Below are positions 8,656 through 17,406 of a stretch of DNA of 64,000 nucleotides, piece by piece (position 1 is the stretch's first letter; each line of letters begins with the position of its first letter). Under the pieces are notes generated by a model. The model was given only the letters and a program-made list of their open reading frames with translations, searched no databases and was not told the origin of the DNA. Both the position numbers and the translations under genes were made by a program. Origin of the DNA: an uncultured virus (IMG/VR IMGVR_UViG_3300027793_000087) (lineage: Duplodnaviria; Heunggongvirae; Uroviricota; Caudoviricetes); IMG/VR virus record IMGVR_UViG_3300027793_000087; one strand, given 5' to 3'.

Positions 8656-8904
8656 TCAGCGCGCGTCCATCTGCTGTTGGCGACGCTGTGTCGAATCCCA
8701 ACAATCGAGCACGCCGAGGTCGTCGCAGACCCACATTGCGAAGATGTCTTCTCGGGTATACCCGGCCGGCATTGGGCGCTGATTGATGCGGGTGACAAGG
8801 TGCTCGATGTAGTCCGCATCGAAGAGGTCGAATGCGTCTTTGATGTCGTGCTCTTCTGCTACCTGCTTGACGATGGCCGTGGCCTGCTTGGTGGTGATGT
8901 GCAT
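8656..8904 (-). CDS. Hypothetical protein
   Basis: GGAG RBS between hammerheads 5 and 4. Confidence 0.65.
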   Translation of the reverse strand: MHITTKQATAIVKQVAEEHDIKDAFDLFDADYIEHLVTRINQRPMPAGYTREDIFAMWVCDDLGVLDCWDSTQRRQQQMDAR

Positions 8905-8925
8905 GGTGTCATTCTCCGTGTTGTT

Positions 8926-8977
8926 GCATCAGACCCGCTGTCGCGGGTTTCGGCCAATCAGGCCTCGTCAGTGATGC
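8926..8977 (-). ncRNA. Type I hammerhead ribozyme 5
   Basis: As copy 4 with loop II UGAUU. Confidence 0.93.
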
Positions 8978-8981
8978 TGAA

Positions 8982-9188
8982 TCAGTCCTCCCAGTGCAAG
9001 ACCCTCACGTCTCCCTCGATGACGCCGACAATCCGGACGTCGTCCGGGCTGTCGCATCCCCAGTCGGCGGCGCACTTCGTTTTTGCCTTGTCGCAGGCCT
9101 GATCGACTGTCTCGGCCTGCACTGCGCTGATCCATGTAGTGCCGCCAGCGTTGATGTTGTCGCCGCAAAATACTGTAAATGTGTTCAT
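8982..9188 (-). CDS. Hypothetical protein (first early gene)
   Basis: AGGAG RBS downstream of promoter-like repeat 5. Confidence 0.65.
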   Translation of the reverse strand: MNTFTVFCGDNINAGGTTWISAVQAETVDQACDKAKTKCAADWGCDSPDDVRIVGVIEGDVRVLHWED

Positions 9189-9221
9189 GGTGTGGATCTC
9201 CTGTGGTTAATGTGTCCACTG

Positions 9222-9244
9222 TACTGGTTTTTCGTGGGTACTTT
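9222..9244 (-). promoter_or_regulatory. Early promoter-like repeat, copy 5
   Basis: Core followed by TACAGT. Confidence 0.65.
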
Positions 9245-9387
9245 TATGGGCGCGCCACGCCGGCACGTTGTGCTGTGCAACACGCTAGCCCCCTACTCTG
9301 CCCTCGTGCGCGCGAATGCCTCTGTGGCCGCATTGCGGGCCCGCCACGCCGTCGACGCGCCCTCCCCTACCCCGGCCCCTGCCCCCC

Positions 9388-9396
9388 TGTGGATAA
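9388..9396. promoter_or_regulatory. DnaA box
   Basis: TGTGGATAA, reverse complement of consensus TTATCCACA, in non-coding DNA. Confidence 0.5.
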
Positions 9397-9451
9397 CGGC
9401 ACCACGGCGATTTCCCACATTGCGAAATCTGCAGCCCCCGCCGCGCCAGTC

Positions 9452-9508
9452 TGGCATGATTCTTGCTAGGCAATACGCGTGCCGTGGCATGCTGGCACGA
9501 TTCTTGCA
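9452..9508. promoter_or_regulatory. Cluster of sigma-54 (-24/-12)-like sites
   Basis: TGGCATGATTCTTGCT (9452), TGGCACGATTCTTGCA (9493), and CGGCACGCGTATTGC on the minus strand between them. Confidence 0.55.
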
Positions 9509-9512
9509 TAGT

Positions 9513-9766
9513 AGTGAGCGCACACTAACTTATGTTGCGGTGCAATATGATAGTGAGCGCACACTGACCAAGCTGTTGCGCCGCAGCATGTTAGTGTGCG
9601 CACACTGGGGCGCTGGCAACGTGTTAGTGAGTACTCACTGGGGCTGGTGCAGTGCGGCATATTGTTGCGCCGCAACATGTTAGTGAGCGCTCACTGGGGC
9701 GTTGTGCACTGCAGCAAAATGGTGCGGTGCAACATAGGCAACCCGGCGCTTTGTTGCGACGCAGCA
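9513..9766. repeat. Interleaved palindromes AGTGWGYRCWCACT (x5) and TGC-N2/3-GCA-type boxes (~7)
   Basis: Palindromes at 9513, 9552, 9593, 9626, 9682, alternating with TGTTGCGCCGCAACAT-like motifs. Confidence 0.8.
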
Positions 9767-9919
9767 CCCCTTTCGGGTCCCGTCGGTCGGGTGGGCGGTG
9801 GCCCCGCCTCAGACCAAAAGCTGCTCAATTCCAGATTTTTTCGCTCGAAACCTGAAAATTTTTTATATTTTTTCATAATGTGAAAAGTATAGAGAAAGTT
9901 GCGTAAACGCCACACTTCT

Positions 9920-9940
9920 AAATGAGAATTGTTCTTATTT
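9920..9940. promoter_or_regulatory. Fur-box-like palindrome
   Basis: AAATGAGAATTGTTCTTATTT. Confidence 0.45.
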
Positions 9941-10040
9941 GTCAGGGGTTGCGGGGGTTGTGCGGGGGTCCGTATAGAGAATTTGTATAGAGAAAAAAAC
10001 CCGCTAAGTCATTGATTTTATTGAATAGTTGACATAATTC

Positions 10041-10178
10041 TGTCAGGGGTAGTAGGGGTAGTAGGGGTCTAAACGACTTTTTTTATTTTTAAATGAAAAA
10101 TGAAAAATAAAATATCTACACCGACCTGGATTAGACCCCCGCTACCCCCGCTACCCCTGACAAATGTACGGACAAGTT
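10041..10178. repeat. Origin-like element copy 2
   Basis: Direct near-repeat of 1857-1991 with the same iterons, AT core and TGACAAATGT.CGGACAAGTT tail. Confidence 0.75.
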
Positions 10179-10232
10179 GACCCTGGATTGAGGTGGCAAA
10201 CTGGCCGCAACTTGCCTGGTTGCCGGTCGATG

Positions 10233-10262
10233 GGGCGGTTGTCTAGAGAAAGCTGTATTGGT
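10233..10262 (+). promoter_or_regulatory. Putative late promoter GGGCG-N16-TGTATTGGT
   Basis: Same bipartite motif and spacing as at 17161, 21114, 40221 and 58418(-). Confidence 0.55.
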
Positions 10263-10271
10263 AGTATAGAG

Positions 10272-10496
10272 ATGAAAAGATACAACCCAAACACCAAGAC
10301 ACCCTTCAGGCGCGGCGACGTACGCCACGACGGGTACGTCTTTTTTGCCTACACCAACAAGAGAAAGGCCGACGGCCACTTTGTTGAGATCTGGCTCAGC
10401 CCGCAGGCATCGGATAAGGCCACGGCAAACGACCGAGCCAGGAAGAGGCTAAAGGCCCGTGGCAATCGACGCCAAGACGCCGCTGCCAACGCCTGA
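10272..10496 (+). CDS. Hypothetical basic protein, 74 aa
   Basis: FRRGDVRHDGYVF...EIWLSP; directly after promoter motif. Confidence 0.6.
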   Translation: MKRYNPNTKTPFRRGDVRHDGYVFFAYTNKRKADGHFVEIWLSPQASDKATANDRARKRLKARGNRRQDAAANA

Positions 10497-11427
10497 CGGA
10501 TGGACGGCGGCCTCAGACATACGGCCAGGAGACCTTGTGTTCTGCTCAGACGGTGGGACTCAGAGGGTCCTGTCGGTCCAGAGCCACATCCCGTCGGCCT
10601 GCTACAGGGTGGAGCTAAGCGGGGGTCTCTCGATCGTGGGCGATCACAACATGACTTTCTCCCTGCAGTGCCGCAAGTGGAGGAACCGCCTGCAGATGTG
10701 GATACGAAACCAGAGCTCCAAGTTTGCGAAGAAAAGGTTCCGAAGGCCCCTGGCCGTAAGAAGCGTGGCCCAGATGCTCGATGAGGGCCTGGACGACAAC
10801 CGAAACAGAAAAAAGTGGGCACTTACTAACATCGAGCCTCTTAGGTACCCACACGTCGATCTTCCGGTCCCTCCCTACGTCCTCGGGCTGTGGCTTGGGT
10901 CGATGACAAAGTCCGGCAGGCACTGGGTCAGGGGCAAGGACATGGAGAGAATATCCAAGAAATGCCGCCGGCATGGGTTCTTCATAACCCAAAACCGCGG
11001 CGAGTTCTTCTTCCGGCCGAGTGTCAGGGAGTCTTTTACCTTCGCGGGTGCCCCGATACCGGACAAGATACCATCATCCTACCTGGAGAGCGACGTAGAG
11101 AGCCGACAGATGCTGCTTGAGGGGCTGATAGACTCCGAGGATGCCAAGAAACAGGCCCACGGAGAGGAGTGCTACACGATACAGGACTCCTGGCTATCGG
11201 CAAAGCGCAAGCAGCAGCTCCTGGAGAGCCTCGGACACACCACCTCGCTGACAAAAAGGGACGACAGGGCACGTTTTGCTCTTAATTTTTGCAAAATACT
11301 GACCCCGGCACCCAAAAATCGTCGCCAAATAGTGAAAATTGACAAAATTAGGCCCAGACAGTGCGTACACATCGTGACAGAGCACGATTTTGTCGCCGCG
11401 GAGGGCTTTTTGAGCGTAAAGATGTGA
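10459..11427 (+). CDS. Free-standing degenerate intein-like (Hint + LAGLIDADG-like) protein
   Basis: AIDAKTPLPTPDGW...IRPGDLV, LPVPPYVLGLWLG, LLEGLIDSED; no terminal His-Asn. Confidence 0.8.
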   Translation: MAIDAKTPLPTPDGWTAASDIRPGDLVFCSDGGTQRVLSVQSHIPSACYRVELSGGLSIVGDHNMTFSLQCRKWRNRLQMWIRNQSSKFAKKRFRRPLAVRSVAQMLDEGLDDNRNRKKWALTNIEPLRYPHVDLPVPPYVLGLWLGSMTKSGRHWVRGKDMERISKKCRRHGFFITQNRGEFFFRPSVRESFTFAGAPIPDKIPSSYLESDVESRQMLLEGLIDSEDAKKQAHGEECYTIQDSWLSAKRKQQLLESLGHTTSLTKRDDRARFALNFCKILTPAPKNRRQIVKIDKIRPRQCVHIVTEHDFVAAEGFLSVKM

Positions 11428-11430
11428 AAA

Positions 11431-12867
11431 ATGTTGAATAAGGCACAGGAAAAGGTCCTAGCGGACTTCGCAAAGAACAACCGTCACTGGCCAAAGCACC
11501 AGCTTGACGCCGCACTGTGGCAGGTGAGGTGGGAGCTGGAGGCCCTGCCTCACCAGCAGGAGCCGGAGGACGGCGAGTACGACACGTTTCTGATGCTGGC
11601 AGGCCGTGGGTCGGGAAAGACCCACACCGCGAGCCACTGGATCGGTATACGTGCATGGAAGTACCCCGAGACGCGCTGGCTGGTCACGGCACCCACATCG
11701 AACGACATACGGGCGACGTGTTTTGAGGGAGACTCGGGCCTTCTTAACATCATCCCCCAGTCGCTGATACAGGACTACAACAAGTCGCTGTTTGAGATCA
11801 CGTTGGTCAACGGCTCGATCATACAGGGCATACCTGGATCGGAGCCCGAGCGATACCGAGGCAAGCAGTACCACGGTGCCTGGTTCGACGAGCTCTGCGC
11901 CTTTGAGTACATCGACGACGCATACGACCAGGTACAGTTCACGCTGCGTTTGAGGCACCCCAACATCGAGCGCGTCCAGCAGATCATCACGACAACACCC
12001 AAGCCCAAGGAGCTGATAGTGGACCTGGCCGAGGGAAAGGTCGGGGGCGATGTATACATGGTCAACGCCAGCTCCTACGACAACCGACAGAACCTGTCGG
12101 CGACGTTCTTCAAGCAGCTCGAGACCTACGAGGGCACCGACCTCGGAAAGCAGGAGATCTACGGCGAGATCCTGAACCCAGAGGATGCCGGTATCGTAAA
12201 ACGGAAGTGGTTCCGGATGTGGCCGGCCAAAAAGGAGACACCGACCCTGGAGTACGTCATCGCATCCTACGACCCGGCCACCTCCGAGAAGACGCACAAC
12301 GACCCCACCGCGTGCGAGGTCTGGGGAATATTTGAGCAGCAGGATGCCGGGACCTGTGTCATGCTGCTGGATGCCTGGGACGGTCACCTATCATACCCCG
12401 AGCTGCGAAAGAAGGTAATCAGCGACTTCAAGGAGGTGGTGTACGGCGCGGACAACTCGTTTGCCAAGGGAAGAAAGGCAGACCTGATCCTGATGGAGGA
12501 CAAATCGGCAGGTATATCGCTCATCCAGGAGCTACAGATGGCCGGAGTGCCCGTCCGAGCTTACAACCCTGGCAGGGCCGACAAGGTCCAGCGTATCAAC
12601 ATCGTCGCGCCACTGATAGCCAAGGGAAAGGTCTACCTCCCGGAGGATCCCAAAAAGCCTGGCGAGTTTGCCGAGTGGGCCAAGCGATTCCTGCGACAGG
12701 TATGCTCCTTCCCCGAGTCCGGCGGCCACGACGACTACGTCGACAGCCTATCCCAAGCGCTTAGGGTACTGAGAGACTCCGGGTGGCTACAGCTGGACCC
12801 TCTCCCACCCCGCGACTACCAGTACGCCGACGACAAGAGGCAGCGAGTCAACCCATACGCCCAGTAG
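11431..12867 (+). CDS. terL: Terminase large subunit
   Basis: AGRGSGKT, AWFDE, ITTTP, SYDPA, HDDYVDSLSQAL. Confidence 0.95.
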   Translation: MLNKAQEKVLADFAKNNRHWPKHQLDAALWQVRWELEALPHQQEPEDGEYDTFLMLAGRGSGKTHTASHWIGIRAWKYPETRWLVTAPTSNDIRATCFEGDSGLLNIIPQSLIQDYNKSLFEITLVNGSIIQGIPGSEPERYRGKQYHGAWFDELCAFEYIDDAYDQVQFTLRLRHPNIERVQQIITTTPKPKELIVDLAEGKVGGDVYMVNASSYDNRQNLSATFFKQLETYEGTDLGKQEIYGEILNPEDAGIVKRKWFRMWPAKKETPTLEYVIASYDPATSEKTHNDPTACEVWGIFEQQDAGTCVMLLDAWDGHLSYPELRKKVISDFKEVVYGADNSFAKGRKADLILMEDKSAGISLIQELQMAGVPVRAYNPGRADKVQRINIVAPLIAKGKVYLPEDPKKPGEFAEWAKRFLRQVCSFPESGGHDDYVDSLSQALRVLRDSGWLQLDPLPPRDYQYADDKRQRVNPYAQ

Positions 12868-12920
12868 GCCCGGTCTATGGTTTTTTGTGTATGAGTTGGG
12901 ATAGGGAGACACAAACAACA

Positions 12921-14171
12921 ATGAACCCCATCAAATCACCGCGCGAGATGCTGTTCGAGATGGCAGGCATTCCCTCCTTCGCGGGAGGGAGCCAGGTGCC
13001 AAAGATTGGCGCCGAGATGTACAAGCTCATCACCAGCGCCATTGAGCGTTACACGAAGGCATACGGGAAGCCGCCACCGGCGGAGGATGTCAAGGCACTA
13101 CGTGCCCACGTAGAGCAGATCTCCAAGAAGAGCGAGATCAAGAGCGATCCAGCGACGCAGGCACGGGCGCGTCACGAGATGGCGACAGACCCCAACCTGA
13201 TCAACCCAGAGGGGCCGGACCCATTCCTGACCAAGGCCGTAACCGGCCGGACCGTGAAGAGCACGTACCTCAAGCCCAAGGTGCAGGACATCAACGACCC
13301 CAACGTCCGCGCCAACATCGAGACAAAGCAGGCCTCGGGCGAGCTGGAGGAGGTACTGCCCGAGTCAATCACGCCAAGCGCGGACTACATGGGACGCATG
13401 GGTGCCGCGATCGAGAACGCCACGCTTGCATCTGGAAAGACTCCCCTGATCGACAAGCTGAAGCTAGAGTTTTTTAAAAAGAACAAGAGATACCCCACCG
13501 ACGAGGAGCTGGAGGTCATCATCGCCGAGTTCAACCCGGCACGGCACCAGTACGGCGAGAAGGGCGCGTCGATCGTGGCAGAGAGACCTCCCACGGCGAA
13601 GGGAATGTCGGAGTGGAGGCAGCAGGCCAGAACAGAGGGCCTGCCGGAGTCGGCGCTGGAAAAGCCGCCCGCAGATTACCCGCAGCACCTGCTGGACGCT
13701 CTCAACCTATCGCGTGGAGTACAGCCCGGCACAAAACCGCTGTCAAGCCAGCGCATCAACCCAGACCGCGCATACGCCGGCGGAAGAAACGTCGCGCCCA
13801 TGACACCGAGAGAGATGCAGGCCATGATGGTCGCGTACGGAAAGAACCCGCGATCGTTTGAGGACATCGCATCGCGCGCGACACCCGCCGCAGCAAAACC
13901 ATCCGCACTTAAAAGGTTAGGAAAACGGTCGATGCAGGGCCTTGGTTTTGCGTCTGTGCCGTTCAGTGCCATGGCCATGGAAGATTACAGAAAACAGGGA
14001 GACCTACCTGGCGAGATTTTGTCAGGCATCGAGACCGCAGCAAACGCCGCCGCGATGTTCCCGCCACTTAGCGCACCCGCCACCGTGGTAGGGTTAGGCG
14101 CGATGGGCGCAAACATGGCAAGAGAATATCTTGCGCCAGAGTACCGATCCGTTATGGAAGATTACAAATAA
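12921..14171 (+). CDS. Hypothetical late/virion protein
   Basis: ATG after GGGAG; FAGG and YAGG motifs; hydrophobic C-terminus. Confidence 0.7.
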   Translation: MNPIKSPREMLFEMAGIPSFAGGSQVPKIGAEMYKLITSAIERYTKAYGKPPPAEDVKALRAHVEQISKKSEIKSDPATQARARHEMATDPNLINPEGPDPFLTKAVTGRTVKSTYLKPKVQDINDPNVRANIETKQASGELEEVLPESITPSADYMGRMGAAIENATLASGKTPLIDKLKLEFFKKNKRYPTDEELEVIIAEFNPARHQYGEKGASIVAERPPTAKGMSEWRQQARTEGLPESALEKPPADYPQHLLDALNLSRGVQPGTKPLSSQRINPDRAYAGGRNVAPMTPREMQAMMVAYGKNPRSFEDIASRATPAAAKPSALKRLGKRSMQGLGFASVPFSAMAMEDYRKQGDLPGEILSGIETAANAAAMFPPLSAPATVVGLGAMGANMAREYLAPEYRSVMEDYK

Positions 14172-16924
14172 TGCCACAAATCCCCAAGATGCCAATCCAG
14201 CAGGGTGCAAACCTTGCATCGCTCGACCTGGAGTCCTCGGAGAACTACGAGGAGGCCATGATGCAGGAGGCCGAGATCGAGCACTACGAGGACGTGCTTG
14301 GGCTAGAGCCAGGACAGGCAGAAGAAGAGGTCATCGAGTTAGATGATGGCTCCGTGGTCATCAACTACCGGCCCACCGAGGGACCGCTAAAGAACCCAGA
14401 GTTTTATGCAAACCTGGCCGAGCTACTAGACGAGAGCGTTCTGTCTTCGCTCTCTACCGAGTACAACGAGTACATCCAGGTAGACAAAGAGGCACGCAAG
14501 GAGAGAGATAAGCAGTATGAAGAAGGACTACGAAGGACAGGACTTGGAAAGGACGCGCCAGGTGGCGCAACTTTTGACGGAGCTTCCAAGGTTGTGCACC
14601 CTGTCATGGCAGAGGCTTGCGTTGACTTCGCGGCGTCTAGCTCGCGCGAGCTTCTCCCGCCTGACGGAATCGTTAAGTCGGAGATAAAGGGCGAGGCGGA
14701 CCGCCAGCGCGTAGACGTTGCCGAGCGCAAGTCTCAGTTCCTAAACTGGCAGCTCACGGAGCAGATTGAAGAGTACCGCGACGAGATGGAGCAGGCGCTG
14801 ACCCAGCTGCCGCTTGGCGGATCGCAGTACTTCAAATGGCGATGGGATGGAGAGCAAAAGAGACCCACCTGCGAGTGGATCCCGATTGATAACATCTTCC
14901 TGCCGTACGCCACGACAAACTTCTACACATCGCCCCGCGTAACCGAGGTGCAGGACATTACGGAGGACACGTTCCTACAGCGCGTTGATGCCGGCATCTA
15001 CCGCAACATCGGCGACCTGGTCGTGTCGGAGCTGCCGCAGGACAACATGACGCGCTCGCAAAAGGCCAACGACAAGATCGAGGGCAAGGAGGCGCCGACA
15101 AAAAACATCGACGGCGTACGCCGCGTGTACGAGATTACGTGCTTCTTGAGGCTAGAGGACGACCCTGAGACCAACGGCGCACGAGCGCCGTACATCCTCA
15201 CGATTGACGAGGACACCGACAAGGTCCTCTCGCTGTACAGAAACTGGGAGGCGGGAGATGAGAAGCTTACAAAACTGGACTGGATCGTCGAGTTTAAGTT
15301 TATTCCTTGGCGCGGTGCTTACGCCATTGGCCTGCCTCACCTTATTGGCGGTCTTAGTGCCGCTCTCACTGGCGCTTTGCGTGCCCTACTGGATTCGGCG
15401 CACATTAACAACAGCCAGACGATGCTTAAACTCAAGGGCGGAAGAATCTCCGGCCAGAGCGACAGAATTGAGCCTACCCAGGTTCTAGAAATCGAAGGTG
15501 CCCCTGGTGTGGACGACGTCCGCAAGTTGGCTATGCCGTTGCCGTTTAACCAACCCTCAAGCGTTCTTTACAACCTTCTTGGGTGGTTGACCGACGCCGC
15601 GAAAGGGGTCGTTACGACCGCCGAAGAGAAAATTGGCGACGCAAACGCTAACACGCCAGTGGGCACCACCCAGGCACTGATCGAGCAGGGCGCGAAGGTA
15701 TTCTCAAGCATCCACGCACGCCTGCATCGGTCTCAGGCCAAGTCGTTAAAGATCCTATCGCGTATCAATCACTGGTACCTGGAGGAGATGGACAACGAGT
15801 CCGGCTCCGAGATCGAGGTCCGCGACTTTGCATCCAACAACGACGTCCGGCCAGTGTCGGACCCGAACATTTTCTCTGAGACGCAGCGGCTTGCACAGGC
15901 ACAGGCAGTTCTGCAGATGGCAAACGCGGCGCCTCAGTTGTACGACCTTCGGGCTGCCCACCGGAGGGTTCTGAAGCAGCTGAAAGTTCCTGCAATTAGT
16001 GAGATATTGCCAGATCCGGATGGAATCAAGGAAGCAAACCCTGCCCTGGAGAACGTTGCAATGTCCATGGGCCGCCCCGCGGCGGCTTATCCGGATCAGG
16101 ACCACTTGGCGCACATCAAGGTTCACTTGGCGTATGCCCAGGACCCCAACTACGGTGGCAGCCCACTCATTGGCCCGACCTTCGCGCCGCACGCGCTGGA
16201 GCACATCAAGCAGCACCTGACGCTGCACTACCTGCAGTCGATGCGTGCATACGTCGCCGAAGCATCCGGCGGAAGCGATACTCTTGGACTGCACGAGGAG
16301 AAGCCGCTCTCGCTCGAGGACCAGAAGGCACTGGCGCTTGCCGCGGAGATGGTATCCATGGACGCACAGACCACGTTCCAGACCGCACAGCCCATGATCC
16401 AGCAGCTTGCCCAGAAGGTTCAACAGGCACAGAAGGCCAAGATGGAGCAGATGGCATCTAACGACCCAACGGCTCAGGCACTTCTCAAGACGCAGATGGC
16501 CGAGACGCAACGCAAGGCACAGGAGGCACAGGCCAAGCTTCAGCAGGAGATGTCCAAGCACCAGCAGGACTACCAGCTCAAGGTGGCCGAGCTGGAGCAG
16601 AAGGTCCAGGAGCTCATCGCCAAGTACCAGACCCAGAGCCAGGTCGACAGCCAGAAAAACTCGACCAACATCGCGCTTGCAAACATCAACAACGCCTCGC
16701 GCGAGCGCGTGGCCGCGATGCAGGCCGGGTCCCAGATGGACGGCCTGCAGGCCCAGCTGGCTCACGAGCAGGCCATGTCGGCAATCGACGCGATCAACAC
16801 CGCCGATACCGACATCCGCCAGCACGGGATTGCAATCGAGCAGGCAGCGTTTCAGAAACAGGCAGAGGCCGTACAGGCCGCAATAGACCAGCAGCAACAA
16901 CAACCACCACAAGGAGTAGTGTAA
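14171..16924 (+). CDS. Portal protein
   Basis: 917 aa after terL; FYANLAE, GASKVVHPVMAEAC, C-terminal Q-rich coiled coil. Confidence 0.85.
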   Translation: MPQIPKMPIQQGANLASLDLESSENYEEAMMQEAEIEHYEDVLGLEPGQAEEEVIELDDGSVVINYRPTEGPLKNPEFYANLAELLDESVLSSLSTEYNEYIQVDKEARKERDKQYEEGLRRTGLGKDAPGGATFDGASKVVHPVMAEACVDFAASSSRELLPPDGIVKSEIKGEADRQRVDVAERKSQFLNWQLTEQIEEYRDEMEQALTQLPLGGSQYFKWRWDGEQKRPTCEWIPIDNIFLPYATTNFYTSPRVTEVQDITEDTFLQRVDAGIYRNIGDLVVSELPQDNMTRSQKANDKIEGKEAPTKNIDGVRRVYEITCFLRLEDDPETNGARAPYILTIDEDTDKVLSLYRNWEAGDEKLTKLDWIVEFKFIPWRGAYAIGLPHLIGGLSAALTGALRALLDSAHINNSQTMLKLKGGRISGQSDRIEPTQVLEIEGAPGVDDVRKLAMPLPFNQPSSVLYNLLGWLTDAAKGVVTTAEEKIGDANANTPVGTTQALIEQGAKVFSSIHARLHRSQAKSLKILSRINHWYLEEMDNESGSEIEVRDFASNNDVRPVSDPNIFSETQRLAQAQAVLQMANAAPQLYDLRAAHRRVLKQLKVPAISEILPDPDGIKEANPALENVAMSMGRPAAAYPDQDHLAHIKVHLAYAQDPNYGGSPLIGPTFAPHALEHIKQHLTLHYLQSMRAYVAEASGGSDTLGLHEEKPLSLEDQKALALAAEMVSMDAQTTFQTAQPMIQQLAQKVQQAQKAKMEQMASNDPTAQALLKTQMAETQRKAQEAQAKLQQEMSKHQQDYQLKVAELEQKVQELIAKYQTQSQVDSQKNSTNIALANINNASRERVAAMQAGSQMDGLQAQLAHEQAMSAIDAINTADTDIRQHGIAIEQAAFQKQAEAVQAAIDQQQQQPPQGVV

Positions 16925-17142
16925 TGGCAGACGACAACCTCAAAGGATTCCGGCAGACCTACCAGGAGACGGGCAAGCCCGGCTACGGCGGCGGCAACGG
17001 AACCACCAACATCGACCCGGGCCCGTCCGGCTCGCACCGCGACAACAACTGGAAGCGCGGCGCGGCACAGGCAAAGACGAAAAACGCAGGCCAGGTCGGA
17101 CCCTACAGCAACGTGAAAGATCAGTTTGGTCCTAAGTATTAA
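16924..17142 (+). CDS. Hypothetical protein
   Basis: Coupled to portal stop. Confidence 0.65.
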   Translation: MADDNLKGFRQTYQETGKPGYGGGNGTTNIDPGPSGSHRDNNWKRGAAQAKTKNAGQVGPYSNVKDQFGPKY

Positions 17143-17160
17143 AGCCCTGTTTAGTTTGTA

Positions 17161-17190
17161 GGGCGGGTATTAAGAAAATCTTGCATAGGT
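17161..17190 (+). promoter_or_regulatory. Putative late promoter
   Basis: GGGCG-N16-TGCATAGGT. Confidence 0.6.
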
Positions 17191-17196
17191 GGGTCT

Positions 17197-17388
17197 ATGC
17201 AGGATTTGACATCCAGAATTATGGCTCGCGTAAGCGAGCAGATCCGATTGTTAGACTCCTCCCTAATTACGGGCAAGGGAGTCAGCAACATGGAGCGCTA
17301 CCAGAGGCTCCTGGGTGAGCGTGAGGGACTACAGACGTGCCTCAACATTATTGACGACATACTGACAGAGAACGACGAGGCTGAATAG
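17197..17388 (+). CDS. Hypothetical head-module protein
   Basis: NMERYQRLLGEREGL; typical position before GroES. Confidence 0.7.
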   Translation: MQDLTSRIMARVSEQIRLLDSSLITGKGVSNMERYQRLLGEREGLQTCLNIIDDILTENDEAE

Positions 17389-17406
17389 CCTGGAAAGGAG
17401 TGCCGG

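Noticed and set aside
7054..8977. CRISPR array or terminators
   Set aside because: Spacing is 290-820 nt with genes between, there are no U tracts, and the hammerhead core explains the conservation.
9513..9766. Mini-CRISPR array
   Set aside because: Repeats are 14-bp degenerate palindromes with irregular spacing, and the intervening DNA is itself repetitive.
8994..9915. Track ORFs across the control region
   Set aside because: No RBS or protein-like features; they translate the palindromic repeats.
10459..12867. Active intein within terminase
   Set aside because: No N-extein, no His-Asn/nucleophile junction, and a stop codon intervenes.
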